This document shows, in pieces, positions 18,276 through 26,957 of a DNA stretch of 39,322 nucleotides. The notes beneath the pieces were generated by a model. It saw only the letters and a list, made by a program, of their open reading frames with translations. It was not told where the DNA came from and made no database searches. The DNA comes from a virus (taxonomy: Duplodnaviria > Caudoviricetes): the IMG/VR virus record IMGVR_UViG_3300012286_000411, positions 1 to 39,322 of that record. One strand, given 5' to 3'. The translations under genes were made by a program, and so were the position numbers. Each line of letters opens with the position of its first letter. Position 1 is the first letter of the stretch.

Positions 18276-19997
18276 ATGGCAAATTTCACAACTTCTCCTG
18301 GAGTAGCAATTAGCGAAGTAGACAACACTTTCTTAACTGGACAACCAGTTCAAGCGGGTGCTGCTATTATAGGTCCTACAGTAAAAGGCCCTGTTGAAAA
18401 CCCAATCCTTGTAACTTCTTATTCAGATTTCGTAGCAATCTTTGGAGATACATTTATTAGTGGTGGTCAAGCACAATCTTACTTAACTTCAATTGCTGCT
18501 TACAATTATTTTAATTACGGAGGAACTTCATTATTGGTTGCTCGTGTAGTATCTGAATCTGTTAGCTGGTCCTCAGCACAAAGTACTACAATCCCATCTT
18601 ACCTAAATGCAACTTCAGCTTCATTTGTTTTAGAAACAATTTCTGAAGGAGTTATTATGAATAACTCTAGTTCAATTATTGGAGCTTCAGGTTCATTAGT
18701 TTCAGGTTCAGAAAGTAACGTTCGTTGGGAAATTACTAATTCAAATACTGGATCAGGTACGTTTAATGTATTAGTTAGACGTGGTAACGATATTGAAAAT
18801 AACAAAGTTATTTTAGAATCATGGAATAACTTAACACTAGATCCTAATTCAAATCGCTACATAGCTCAAGTAATTGGTGATCAAGTATTAAATTATAATT
18901 CATCAACATTCCAAATGGAATTATCTGGAAGTTATCCAAATAACTCAAAATATGTCCGTGTAAAATCAGTTAATTTACCTACTCCAAACTATTTTGATGC
19001 AAATGGCATTGCAATAAGTGCTTACACAGCTTCTATTCCACAAAATGGTAGTGGATCAGCAGGAGGTTCATTTACAAGTGCTACAGGTACTGTAAATAGT
19101 ACTATTAACTTGTATGATACTATTTCAACAAATACACAAGGATTAACTGGTGCTAGTTATAATAATATGATTGCATTGCTTGGAAATCCTGAAGCATATC
19201 AATTTAACTTATTATTTACTCCTGGTTTAACAAATGATAACCATGCAGCTCAAGTAACTAGTATTATTAACAATACTATTGCTAGAGGTGATAACATGTA
19301 TGTTGTAGATCTAGTAGATTACAACAGCACAGTTGGTGACGCAGTAACACAAGCACAATCTCGTGATACTTCATATGCCGCAGCTTATTGGCCTTGGGTT
19401 CGCATTATCGACCCAGGAACAGGAAGACAAGTTTGGGTACCAGCTTCTACAGTAATCCCAGGTGTTTATGCTTTCAACGATAGAGTATCAGCTCCTTGGT
19501 TTGCCCCAGCAGGTATTAACCGCGGTGGATTAAACACAGTACTTCAAGCACAATTGAAATTGACGCAAGGTAATCGTGATACGTTGTATAGCAACAATAT
19601 TAACCCTATTGCAACGCTACCTAAACAAGGTGTAGTAGTATACGGTCAGAAAACATTACAAAAATCTCAATCTGCTCTTGATCGTGTAAACGTTCGTCGT
19701 TTGATGATTGAATTAAAATCATATATCAAGCAAATTGCAGATACAGTAGTATTTGAACAAAATACAATTGCAACTAGAAATTCATTTGTAGCACGTGTTA
19801 CTCCATTCTTAGAAGGAATCCAACAAAAACAAGGATTGTATGCTTACAAAGTTATTATGGATACTACAAATAATGGTCCGGCTGTAATTGATCAAAACCA
19901 ATTAGTAGGTCAAATTTATATCCAACCAACACGCACAGCTGAATTCATTTCTCTAGATTTCATCTTAATGCCAACAGGAGCTGAATTTCCAGGATAA
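18276..19997 (+). CDS. Tail sheath protein, paralogue 2 (T4 gp18-like)
   Basis: Same sheath motifs as the upstream gene and colinear with it over its full length. Confidence 0.93.
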   Translation: MANFTTSPGVAISEVDNTFLTGQPVQAGAAIIGPTVKGPVENPILVTSYSDFVAIFGDTFISGGQAQSYLTSIAAYNYFNYGGTSLLVARVVSESVSWSSAQSTTIPSYLNATSASFVLETISEGVIMNNSSSIIGASGSLVSGSESNVRWEITNSNTGSGTFNVLVRRGNDIENNKVILESWNNLTLDPNSNRYIAQVIGDQVLNYNSSTFQMELSGSYPNNSKYVRVKSVNLPTPNYFDANGIAISAYTASIPQNGSGSAGGSFTSATGTVNSTINLYDTISTNTQGLTGASYNNMIALLGNPEAYQFNLLFTPGLTNDNHAAQVTSIINNTIARGDNMYVVDLVDYNSTVGDAVTQAQSRDTSYAAAYWPWVRIIDPGTGRQVWVPASTVIPGVYAFNDRVSAPWFAPAGINRGGLNTVLQAQLKLTQGNRDTLYSNNINPIATLPKQGVVVYGQKTLQKSQSALDRVNVRRLMIELKSYIKQIADTVVFEQNTIATRNSFVARVTPFLEGIQQKQGLYAYKVIMDTTNNGPAVIDQNQLVGQIYIQPTRTAEFISLDFILMPTGAEFPG

Positions 19998-20012
19998 AAA
20001 CTGAAAAATTAG

Positions 20013-20022
20013 ATATTTATAA
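20013..20022 (+). promoter_or_regulatory. Putative late promoter motif ATATTTATAA
   Basis: Motif upstream of the tail tube gene. Confidence 0.6.
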
Positions 20023-20043
20023 CAAAATTAAAATAGAAAACAA

Positions 20044-20532
20044 ATGGCAATTTTAAATCCAAACGAAATATTTTTTACAGCGTTTGAACCTAAACAAACA
20101 AACCGTTTTATCCTTTATATGGATGGTGTTCCATCATATTTGGTAAAAGGAGTAAGTGCAGTATCTTTAACACAAACCGCAGTTCCACTCAATCACATTA
20201 ACGTTCAACGTTATGTAAAAGGAAAGACCATTTGGAATACAATCTCCTTTACATTATATGATGCAATTACTCCAAGTGGTGCACAAGCGGTAATGGAATG
20301 GGTACGTTTAGGTCACGAATCAGTAACAGGCCGTGATGGTTACTCAGATTTCTATAAAAAAGATATTACGTTTAACGTTATCGGACCTGTAGGTGATATC
20401 GTTTCTGAATGGATCATTAAAGGAGCTGTTATTACAAGTGCTGGATTTGGTGATTACAACTGGGATGACGATGGAACCCCAACAAACATCACAGTTGAAG
20501 TACAACCTGATTACTGTATCTTGAATTTCTAA
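20044..20532 (+). CDS. Tail tube protein (T4 gp19-like)
   Basis: 162 aa after the sheath genes; 'NRF', 'G...WNTISFTLYD', 'VMEW', 'YKKDI', 'W.IKGA' fit the gp19 tube family. Confidence 0.85.
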   Translation: MAILNPNEIFFTAFEPKQTNRFILYMDGVPSYLVKGVSAVSLTQTAVPLNHINVQRYVKGKTIWNTISFTLYDAITPSGAQAVMEWVRLGHESVTGRDGYSDFYKKDITFNVIGPVGDIVSEWIIKGAVITSAGFGDYNWDDDGTPTNITVEVQPDYCILNF

Positions 20533-20554
20533 GAACAAAACAACAAAATATATG

Positions 20555-20590
20555 AAAGCTCCAAAGAAATTTGGGGCTTTTATTTTCTTT
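20555..20590 (+). terminator. Rho-independent terminator
   Basis: AAAGCTCCAAA-GAAA-TTTGGGGCTTT stem-loop followed by a T-rich tail after the tube gene. Confidence 0.75.
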
Positions 20591-20601
20591 CAATATATTG
20601 G
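20570..20601 (+). promoter_or_regulatory. Bacteroidota-type (-33/-7) promoter, likely leaderless
   Basis: TTTG (20570-20573), 20-nt spacer, TATATTGG (20594-20601), ATG at 20606. Consensus is TTTG-N19-21-TAnnTTTG. Confidence 0.55.
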
Positions 20602-20605
20602 ATTT

Positions 20606-22570
20606 ATGAAAAAATTATTAATATTTCTTTTATTGACCTTTGTAGGATATGGTCAATATTGTCCTGCTTTAGGACCTGATCAAATATTACCTTGTGGTGT
20701 AGGATCAACAACACTTACTGCTGACTTAAACCAATGTGGTACTGGAGCTTTACCCAAACAAACTGTTAATTATGCCGTCTCCAATATACCCTATATAAAC
20801 CAAACAAATACAGGCACTCAGTTGTTTATGGGTGATGACACCCAACAAGGACCATTTAATATTGGATTTACATTTTGTTTCTTTGGACAAACATATACAC
20901 AATTTTGGGCTGGATCAAATGGTTGGATTTCATTCTCCCCAGGACAACCTACTACTTTTACAACACAAACAATTCCAACAGGTAATGCTTTAGTACCTAA
21001 AAACTGTATTATGGGTCCTTGGCAGGATTGGCATCCTGGAATTGGAGGACAAATTAGATATCAAACAAATGGAGTTGCCCCTTGTAGAAAATTAACAGTG
21101 AGTTGGACAAATACGCCAATGTTTAGTTGCACTGGGAATCAGGGAACCTTTCATATTGTAATCTATGAATCAACTAATAACATTGAAAACTATATTCAAA
21201 ATAAACCCGCTTGTTTACAGTGGCAAGGTGGAACTGCTACTGAAGGAGTACATAACGCTGCAGGCACAATAGGAATTACAGTACCTGGAAGAAATTCTAC
21301 AGCTTGGACTGCTATAAACGATGCTTGGAAATGGACTCCATCAGGACCAACAGTAAACCCTACTTTAACTTGGTATCAAGTAGGTAATCCTGTAGCTATT
21401 GGAACAGGACCTACTATTAACGTAACACCAACCGGACCTACTCAATATACTTGTCAATTAACATATCCAACTTGTAATGCTGGTTGGTCTGTTTGTAATG
21501 GAGGAACTAGTTTAGGACCTGATACAATATTGGTTGTACCTGGTCCCCCAATTCCATCAACAGGACCTATTAATGGTACTGATACTATTTGCTATTTAAG
21601 TTCATATGAAATGTATGATGTACCCGCAGTAGTAGGTTATAACTACTTATGGAGCAGTGTTGCCCCTATCACCTCAGGACAAGGAACTAATATTATTACA
21701 ATAGATTTTAGTTCATTCTCCCCTGGATTCATACCAGGAGCTATCCAAGTTACTCCAGAATCAAATGGGTGTGTTGGTGCTCCTGTTACTATAGATTTAT
21801 TTATTTTAAATGTAGTACCTACAATTGATCCTATAGGACCGTTTTGTGAATACGACGAATTTGTTACTTTAAACGTGAATCCAATCGGAGGAATACTTAG
21901 TGGTATAGGTGTTGCTGGGAATGAATTTTATCCATCAAACGCGATAGGAACAAATGCTATTAATTACGAATACACATTAAGTGGATGTACTTTTGATACA
22001 ACTACTTTAGTAACAGTATACCCTCAACCAACCCTTGATTCAATTACTCCATACAATCCATTTTATGAGTTATGTGAAGGCGATTCAGTAGTAACATTAT
22101 TTACAGCCATATCAAACTTACCAGGATATAATGAATGGTCATTTATGGATGTTACATACCAACAAGATAATTTAAATATTACGTTTGATACTGAAGGAAT
22201 GTTCCCTTTATCAGTAATACATTATTCAAACGGGTGTGCTTCACCTCAACAACAAACAGTAATTACAGTTGTAGTTTGTCCTGAACTACTATTTTATATC
22301 CCCAACTCATTTACACCCGACGACAACGAACATAATCAAACCTGGTTACCCGTATTTACTACTGGTATAGATTACTATGATTACCGCTTAGCTATTTACA
22401 ATCGTTGGGGAGAATGTGTATTTGAATCATTAAATGCTACCGAAGGTTGGGATGGAACATATAATAACCGCAAATGTCAAGATGGAATCTATGTATATGA
22501 TGTTAACTTCGGTGTAACTGAAACTAGTTATCAATATGTAGTTCGAGGACATTTTACTTTAATTCGATAG
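20606..22570 (+). CDS. Secreted protein with signal peptide and T9SS type-B (gliding-motility-associated) C-terminal sorting domain
   Basis: Likely start MKKLLIFLLLTFVGYG|Q (Sec signal, Gln at +1). Cys/Gly/Thr/Pro-rich beta domains. C-terminus 'YIPNSFTPD...N..W......IYNRWGE.VF.......WDGTYN....DGIYVY.........GHFTLIR' is the type-B CTD pattern. Confidence 0.88.
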   Translation: MKKLLIFLLLTFVGYGQYCPALGPDQILPCGVGSTTLTADLNQCGTGALPKQTVNYAVSNIPYINQTNTGTQLFMGDDTQQGPFNIGFTFCFFGQTYTQFWAGSNGWISFSPGQPTTFTTQTIPTGNALVPKNCIMGPWQDWHPGIGGQIRYQTNGVAPCRKLTVSWTNTPMFSCTGNQGTFHIVIYESTNNIENYIQNKPACLQWQGGTATEGVHNAAGTIGITVPGRNSTAWTAINDAWKWTPSGPTVNPTLTWYQVGNPVAIGTGPTINVTPTGPTQYTCQLTYPTCNAGWSVCNGGTSLGPDTILVVPGPPIPSTGPINGTDTICYLSSYEMYDVPAVVGYNYLWSSVAPITSGQGTNIITIDFSSFSPGFIPGAIQVTPESNGCVGAPVTIDLFILNVVPTIDPIGPFCEYDEFVTLNVNPIGGILSGIGVAGNEFYPSNAIGTNAINYEYTLSGCTFDTTTLVTVYPQPTLDSITPYNPFYELCEGDSVVTLFTAISNLPGYNEWSFMDVTYQQDNLNITFDTEGMFPLSVIHYSNGCASPQQQTVITVVVCPELLFYIPNSFTPDDNEHNQTWLPVFTTGIDYYDYRLAIYNRWGECVFESLNATEGWDGTYNNRKCQDGIYVYDVNFGVTETSYQYVVRGHFTLIR

Positions 22571-22574
22571 GCCA

Positions 22575-22584
22575 ATATTTATAA
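22575..22584 (+). promoter_or_regulatory. Putative late promoter motif ATATTTATAA
   Basis: Motif 4 nt before the ATG at 22589. Confidence 0.6.
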
Positions 22585-22588
22585 ACAT

Positions 22589-22960
22589 ATGAAACTAGAT
22601 AGTTTACGTACATTAGTTAAAGAGGAGCTTAGTAAGCGACTAAACGAGGAATACCAAGACAAGTTCAAAATGGTAGGTATGCTTATTACCAACATTAAGA
22701 AACGCCCTCAAAAAGAAATCTTTTCAGATATCCGCTCAATTCCAGGTGTTACCGTAGCATCGGCAAAAGAACCTATGGATTATAGTGAACAAAACACAGA
22801 AAAATTTCAAACAGTATTAACTATTAAAGTAGATGGTCATCCATGGATCACATCTAGTGGATTCGACCGTTCAAAAATGGAAGATATCCGCAAAGCTATA
22901 TTGAAAGTAGAAGGAGTATTATCATACAATGTAAATCCTGATAATATTTCCCCTCTTTAA
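22589..22960 (+). CDS. Hypothetical protein, possible head-packaged protein
   Basis: 123 aa. N-terminal helix 'LRTLVKEELSKRLNEE' with [LV]-x-E sites, then a small alpha/beta domain ('IRSIPGV', 'ILKVEGV'). Confidence 0.65.
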   Translation: MKLDSLRTLVKEELSKRLNEEYQDKFKMVGMLITNIKKRPQKEIFSDIRSIPGVTVASAKEPMDYSEQNTEKFQTVLTIKVDGHPWITSSGFDRSKMEDIRKAILKVEGVLSYNVNPDNISPL

Positions 22961-23001
22961 TATATTTATATAAGACAATTAAGTTATAACAAATAAAAAT
23001 T

Positions 23002-23730
23002 ATGAGCGAATTTAAATTACCAACTGAAACAGTTGAATTACCTTCTAAAGGTTTACTTTACCCTGAAGATTCTGAATTAGCAAAAGGAGTAGTAGAAATT
23101 AAATACATGACTGCTAAGGAAGAAGATATCCTTACAAACCAATCATATATTAAAAACGGTACTGTACTTGACAAATTACTTAAATCGTTAATTGTATCAA
23201 AAATTAATTTTGATGAACTTTTAGTTGGTGATAAGAACGCAATCATGGTTGCAGCCCGTATCCTAGGATATGGCTCAGATTACTCATTTGATTATTTAGG
23301 TGAATCACACACAGTAGATTTATCTCAAATTGAAAATAAACCACTACATGAAGACTTATTAAAGTCTAAGTCAAATGATTTCCCATTTACACTCCCTAAA
23401 TCAGGTAATACAATTACATTTAAGATTTTAACTCATAAAGACGAACAAGATATTAACCGTGAATTAGAAGGCTTAAAGAAAATCAATAAAGATGCTTCCC
23501 CTGAGCTTTCAACTCGTTTAAAATACCTTATTACTTCAGTAAATGGAGATAGAGAAAAAAAATCTGTTCGAGAGTTTGTCGACGGGTATCTGTTAGCTCA
23601 AGATTCTCGGGCATTAAGAGAATATGTTAAAGAAGTTCAACCCGACGTTGATCTAACTTTTTTTCCCGACGGGTCTGACAGTAGAGTCAATATCCCAATT
23701 GGGGTTAGCTTTTTTTGGCCTGACATTTGA
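23002..23730 (+). CDS. Baseplate hub/tail assembly chaperone (T4 gp26-like)
   Basis: 'VELPSKG', 'MTAKEEDIL', 'L..GD...I...ARI..YG', ending in 'FFWP'. Upstream of the tape measure gene. Late motif variant ATATTTATAT at 22962-22971. Confidence 0.7.
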   Translation: MSEFKLPTETVELPSKGLLYPEDSELAKGVVEIKYMTAKEEDILTNQSYIKNGTVLDKLLKSLIVSKINFDELLVGDKNAIMVAARILGYGSDYSFDYLGESHTVDLSQIENKPLHEDLLKSKSNDFPFTLPKSGNTITFKILTHKDEQDINRELEGLKKINKDASPELSTRLKYLITSVNGDREKKSVREFVDGYLLAQDSRALREYVKEVQPDVDLTFFPDGSDSRVNIPIGVSFFWPDI

Positions 23731-24037
23731 TGTAGCAGCTCAAGCAAGAGCCGCTTTATTTAAACAAATTCATGAAATAGTTTTTCATGGTAAAGGAGGA
23801 TATGATTGGAATACAATCTATAACATGCCTCTTTGGCTTCGTAAGTTTACTTTTATTCAAATTCAAAATTACTATAAAGAAGAAAAAGAAGCTCTAGAAA
23901 ACAAAGGTAAAAAAGACAACCAAACTGTAATCAATTCTGATGGAACCATCAAAACCCCAGAATTATTACAAAAGGCAGCATCAAACACCCCACAAAAATT
24001 TACTCCCCCACCAAAAAGACCAGTAAGCTATAAATAG
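23699..24037 (+). CDS. Second chaperone ORF, probably expressed as a frameshift extension of the upstream gene
   Basis: Overlaps the upstream gene in the +1 frame and has no ATG before 23825. 'WNTIYNMPLWLRKF' resembles the T/gp51-type short chaperone motif. Confidence 0.6.
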   Translation: MGLAFFGLTFDVAAQARAALFKQIHEIVFHGKGGYDWNTIYNMPLWLRKFTFIQIQNYYKEEKEALENKGKKDNQTVINSDGTIKTPELLQKAASNTPQKFTPPPKRPVSYK

Positions 24038-24040
24038 TTA

Positions 24041-24050
24041 ATATTTATAA
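24041..24050 (+). promoter_or_regulatory. Putative late promoter motif ATATTTATAA
   Basis: Motif upstream of the tape measure gene. Confidence 0.6.
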
Positions 24051-24063
24051 CAAAATACTTTAG

Positions 24064-26646
24064 ATGGCTCCATTATCCCCAGCAGATCAAGAAAAGTTAA
24101 ATAAACTTATCGAAGAAGGAAAAAAACTAGCTAAACAGTTAGGTGATGAATTATCCTCAGCTAGTTTAGATAATATCAACAATGATTTAAATATTGCTGA
24201 ACGACTGGTTCAAGGGTTAAGAGACGAATGGAAAGAATATACTAGTGATGTTGCTGGATCTAGAGAAGGTTTTACTCGTATCGTTGATGAATTAAAAAAC
24301 ATGAACAGTGGTGCTAAACTCGCTCGTTCCTCCTTTAAAGGTTTAGCCAGTTTAGCTCAAAAATTACAATCTCATCAAGAAGGGATTAGTAAATTATCTT
24401 CTAAAGAAATAGCTAATTTAAAAAAACAATCTTCTGAAAGAACAAATGATTTAAAATTAGCAGGTAAATTAGCTAAAGATCAAATCAGATCCCTAGAAGC
24501 TAGAAATAATCTTTCTAATAAAGAACAAAAACAATTAGAAGAAGCTAGAATAGCCCATGCCAATATTACTCAAGAAATCACTGAAAATATTGGATTTATT
24601 AAACAATTTGAGACCCAATTAGACGAATCAGGTAAAAAGGCTAAAAATTTAGAAGATGCTTTAGGATTAGGTGGTAATGCTTTAAAAGGCATGCAAGATG
24701 CCATGAGTAAACTTGGTCTTGGTGGTCTAGCAGATAAATTAGGTTTAGATGAAGCTCAAGAAGCCATGGATGAAATGGCTGCTAAACTAACTAATAATGG
24801 GGAAAATGCTGCAACTTTAGGAAATAAATTTAAAATCCTGGGCGCTGGAATGAAATCAGCATTTTCTGGTTTAGCTAAAAATTTACTTGATCCTAAGGTA
24901 CTTATTGCAGAATTTGTAACATCCCTTCAATCAGCAGATGAAGCTACAGGTAAATTAGCAAAAGATTTTAATTTAACATATTCCGAAGCATTAGCCACTC
25001 GAAGAGAATTAAGTAACATGGCTACCATGTCTGGAGATGTTGCTTTAAATACTCGTGCTCTTCAAGAATCAATGGTAGCCGTTGGTCAATCATTAGGCAC
25101 TAATGCCAAGTTAAATGAAGCTGATTTAGCTACATTTACTAAATTACGTGAACAAGCGGGTTACACTAATGAAGAATTAGTAGGAATACAAAAACTTTCA
25201 TTAGTAAATGGTAAAACATTAGAAGATAATACAAAAGAAATATTAGGTGGTGCCGAAGCATATGCCACTAGAAATGGACTTGTTGTAAATGAAAAAGATG
25301 TGTTACGAGAAGTATCCAAAGCATCGGCTTCATTAAAATTAACATTGGGTGGAAGTGCTGAAGCAGTAGCTAAAGCTGCAGTCCAAGCTAAACAGTTTGG
25401 TTTAAATTTAGAACAAGCTGAAAAAATTTCTCAAAGTCTTCTTCAATTTGAATCTTCTATTGAAAATGAGTTAAGTGCTGAATTATTAACTGGTAAAGAA
25501 TTAAATTTTGAAAAGGCACGATCATTAGCTTTAGAAGGTAAAACTGCTGAAGCCGCGGCTGAAATAGCAAAGCAAGTAGGAACATCTGCTGATTTTGCTA
25601 AAATGAATGTTCTCCAACAAGAAGCTATTGCTAAAGCTGCTGGGATGGAACGAGATGAATTAGCTCAATCGTTAATAGATAAAGAATCCTTAGCTAAAAT
25701 TGGATTTAAAGATGCTGCTGCTGCTAAAGCAAAATATGAAGAATTAAGAAAAACTATGTCTGCTCAAGAGGCCTCCAAAGCATTAGGAGATGCAGCTTTA
25801 GCTACCCAATATGAACAACAATCAGTCCAAGAAAGATTTGCTCAAGCTACAGAAAAACTTAAAGAAGTATTTATTAGTTTAGCTGAACCAGTTTTAGCAT
25901 TTATATCTCCTATAGTAGATTTAGTGTCTAGTATTCTTCCATTAGTTAATATAGTTTTGCAACCTGTAATATTTACTGTTCAAACTTTAGCCTCTTTATT
26001 CACTTCTATAAAAAATCTTATCACTGAATCAGTCCCAGGCTTAATTACTTTTGGAACTGTTCTTGCAGGTATACTTATAAATCAACAAAGAATAGCATTT
26101 GCTCAAAAAGAAGGTTGGATGTATTCAACATATGAGTATGCTATGAAGAAAAAAGAACTAGTTTTGACTACTTTAGCAACAGCAAAAGAAGTCTTTTTAA
26201 ATAATATTAAACAAAAAGGATTATTAAAATCAATAGCAGAAGCAGCTATGACTGCATTTAAATCAGTTGCTAGTATTCCTATTGTTGGTCCTCTTCTTGG
26301 AGCTGCTGCTGCAGCAAGTGCTGTTGCCTTAGGTTATAGCCTTATGAAAGGAGACGACGTAATGTCCCCTGGTGATGGATCCTCAGGTTATGGTAAACGT
26401 ACTTTATTTGGTCCTGAAGGTGCTATCCAATTAAACAATAAAGATACTGTAATAGCAGGTACTGATTTATTTAAGAAGGGTGATGATGTAATGTCTGCTC
26501 CTAAAGGCGCTATAACTGTTGCTAATAGCACTTCACCAAGATCCACACAAAACCAAGACCCAAGTGCAGGAACCAATGCTCGATTAGATGCTTTAATTTC
26601 AGCAACTAAAAAAGTGAATGCTATTCCAACATTGAAAATTCAATAA
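24064..26646 (+). CDS. Tail tape measure protein
   Basis: 860 aa, Ala/Leu/Lys-rich helical protein with hydrophobic segments near the C-terminus ('IPIVGPLLGAAAAASAVALG'). Follows the chaperone pair. Confidence 0.8.
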   Translation: MAPLSPADQEKLNKLIEEGKKLAKQLGDELSSASLDNINNDLNIAERLVQGLRDEWKEYTSDVAGSREGFTRIVDELKNMNSGAKLARSSFKGLASLAQKLQSHQEGISKLSSKEIANLKKQSSERTNDLKLAGKLAKDQIRSLEARNNLSNKEQKQLEEARIAHANITQEITENIGFIKQFETQLDESGKKAKNLEDALGLGGNALKGMQDAMSKLGLGGLADKLGLDEAQEAMDEMAAKLTNNGENAATLGNKFKILGAGMKSAFSGLAKNLLDPKVLIAEFVTSLQSADEATGKLAKDFNLTYSEALATRRELSNMATMSGDVALNTRALQESMVAVGQSLGTNAKLNEADLATFTKLREQAGYTNEELVGIQKLSLVNGKTLEDNTKEILGGAEAYATRNGLVVNEKDVLREVSKASASLKLTLGGSAEAVAKAAVQAKQFGLNLEQAEKISQSLLQFESSIENELSAELLTGKELNFEKARSLALEGKTAEAAAEIAKQVGTSADFAKMNVLQQEAIAKAAGMERDELAQSLIDKESLAKIGFKDAAAAKAKYEELRKTMSAQEASKALGDAALATQYEQQSVQERFAQATEKLKEVFISLAEPVLAFISPIVDLVSSILPLVNIVLQPVIFTVQTLASLFTSIKNLITESVPGLITFGTVLAGILINQQRIAFAQKEGWMYSTYEYAMKKKELVLTTLATAKEVFLNNIKQKGLLKSIAEAAMTAFKSVASIPIVGPLLGAAAAASAVALGYSLMKGDDVMSPGDGSSGYGKRTLFGPEGAIQLNNKDTVIAGTDLFKKGDDVMSAPKGAITVANSTSPRSTQNQDPSAGTNARLDALISATKKVNAIPTLKIQ

Positions 26647-26652
26647 TATTTA

Positions 26653-26662
26653 ATATTTATAA
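26653..26662 (+). promoter_or_regulatory. Putative late promoter motif ATATTTATAA
   Basis: Motif upstream of the ATG at 26677. Confidence 0.6.
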
Positions 26663-26676
26663 TAAAATAATTAATC

Positions 26677-26949
26677 ATGGGAATATTAACTAAATTAACT
26701 ACTGAAGGATCTATCTTTAGCGCACACGATGGATTAAATCCACCTGTAAATCCACTTGCAACACAGCAATCAAAATTGCATGCTGATGGTAATGCACCTG
26801 GATATTCATTAAATGGAGCAAACGCTAATACAGTAACTACTCAATACAATGGGTATGAAGACGGAACACCAAACCAAATTCCACTTCCTTCACAACTAGA
26901 TTTGAATGGTACAACACCACCACAATATTTAGACAATTTACCTCAATAA
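26677..26949 (+). CDS. Small virion protein (hypothetical)
   Basis: 90 aa, Pro/Asn/Gly-rich. Its N-terminus MGILTKL resembles MGLLIKL of the next gene. Confidence 0.65.
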   Translation: MGILTKLTTEGSIFSAHDGLNPPVNPLATQQSKLHADGNAPGYSLNGANANTVTTQYNGYEDGTPNQIPLPSQLDLNGTTPPQYLDNLPQ

Positions 26950-26957
26950 AAAATTGA

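Noticed and set aside
20552-20605. Longer start for the T9SS-substrate gene (MKAPKKFGAF...)
   Set aside because: This stretch is the terminator hairpin and promoter. The ATG at 20606 gives a canonical signal peptide.
26344-26500. Duplicated 'KGDDVMS' near the tape measure C-terminus
   Set aside because: A short two-copy peptide repeat with no further support for a distinct function.
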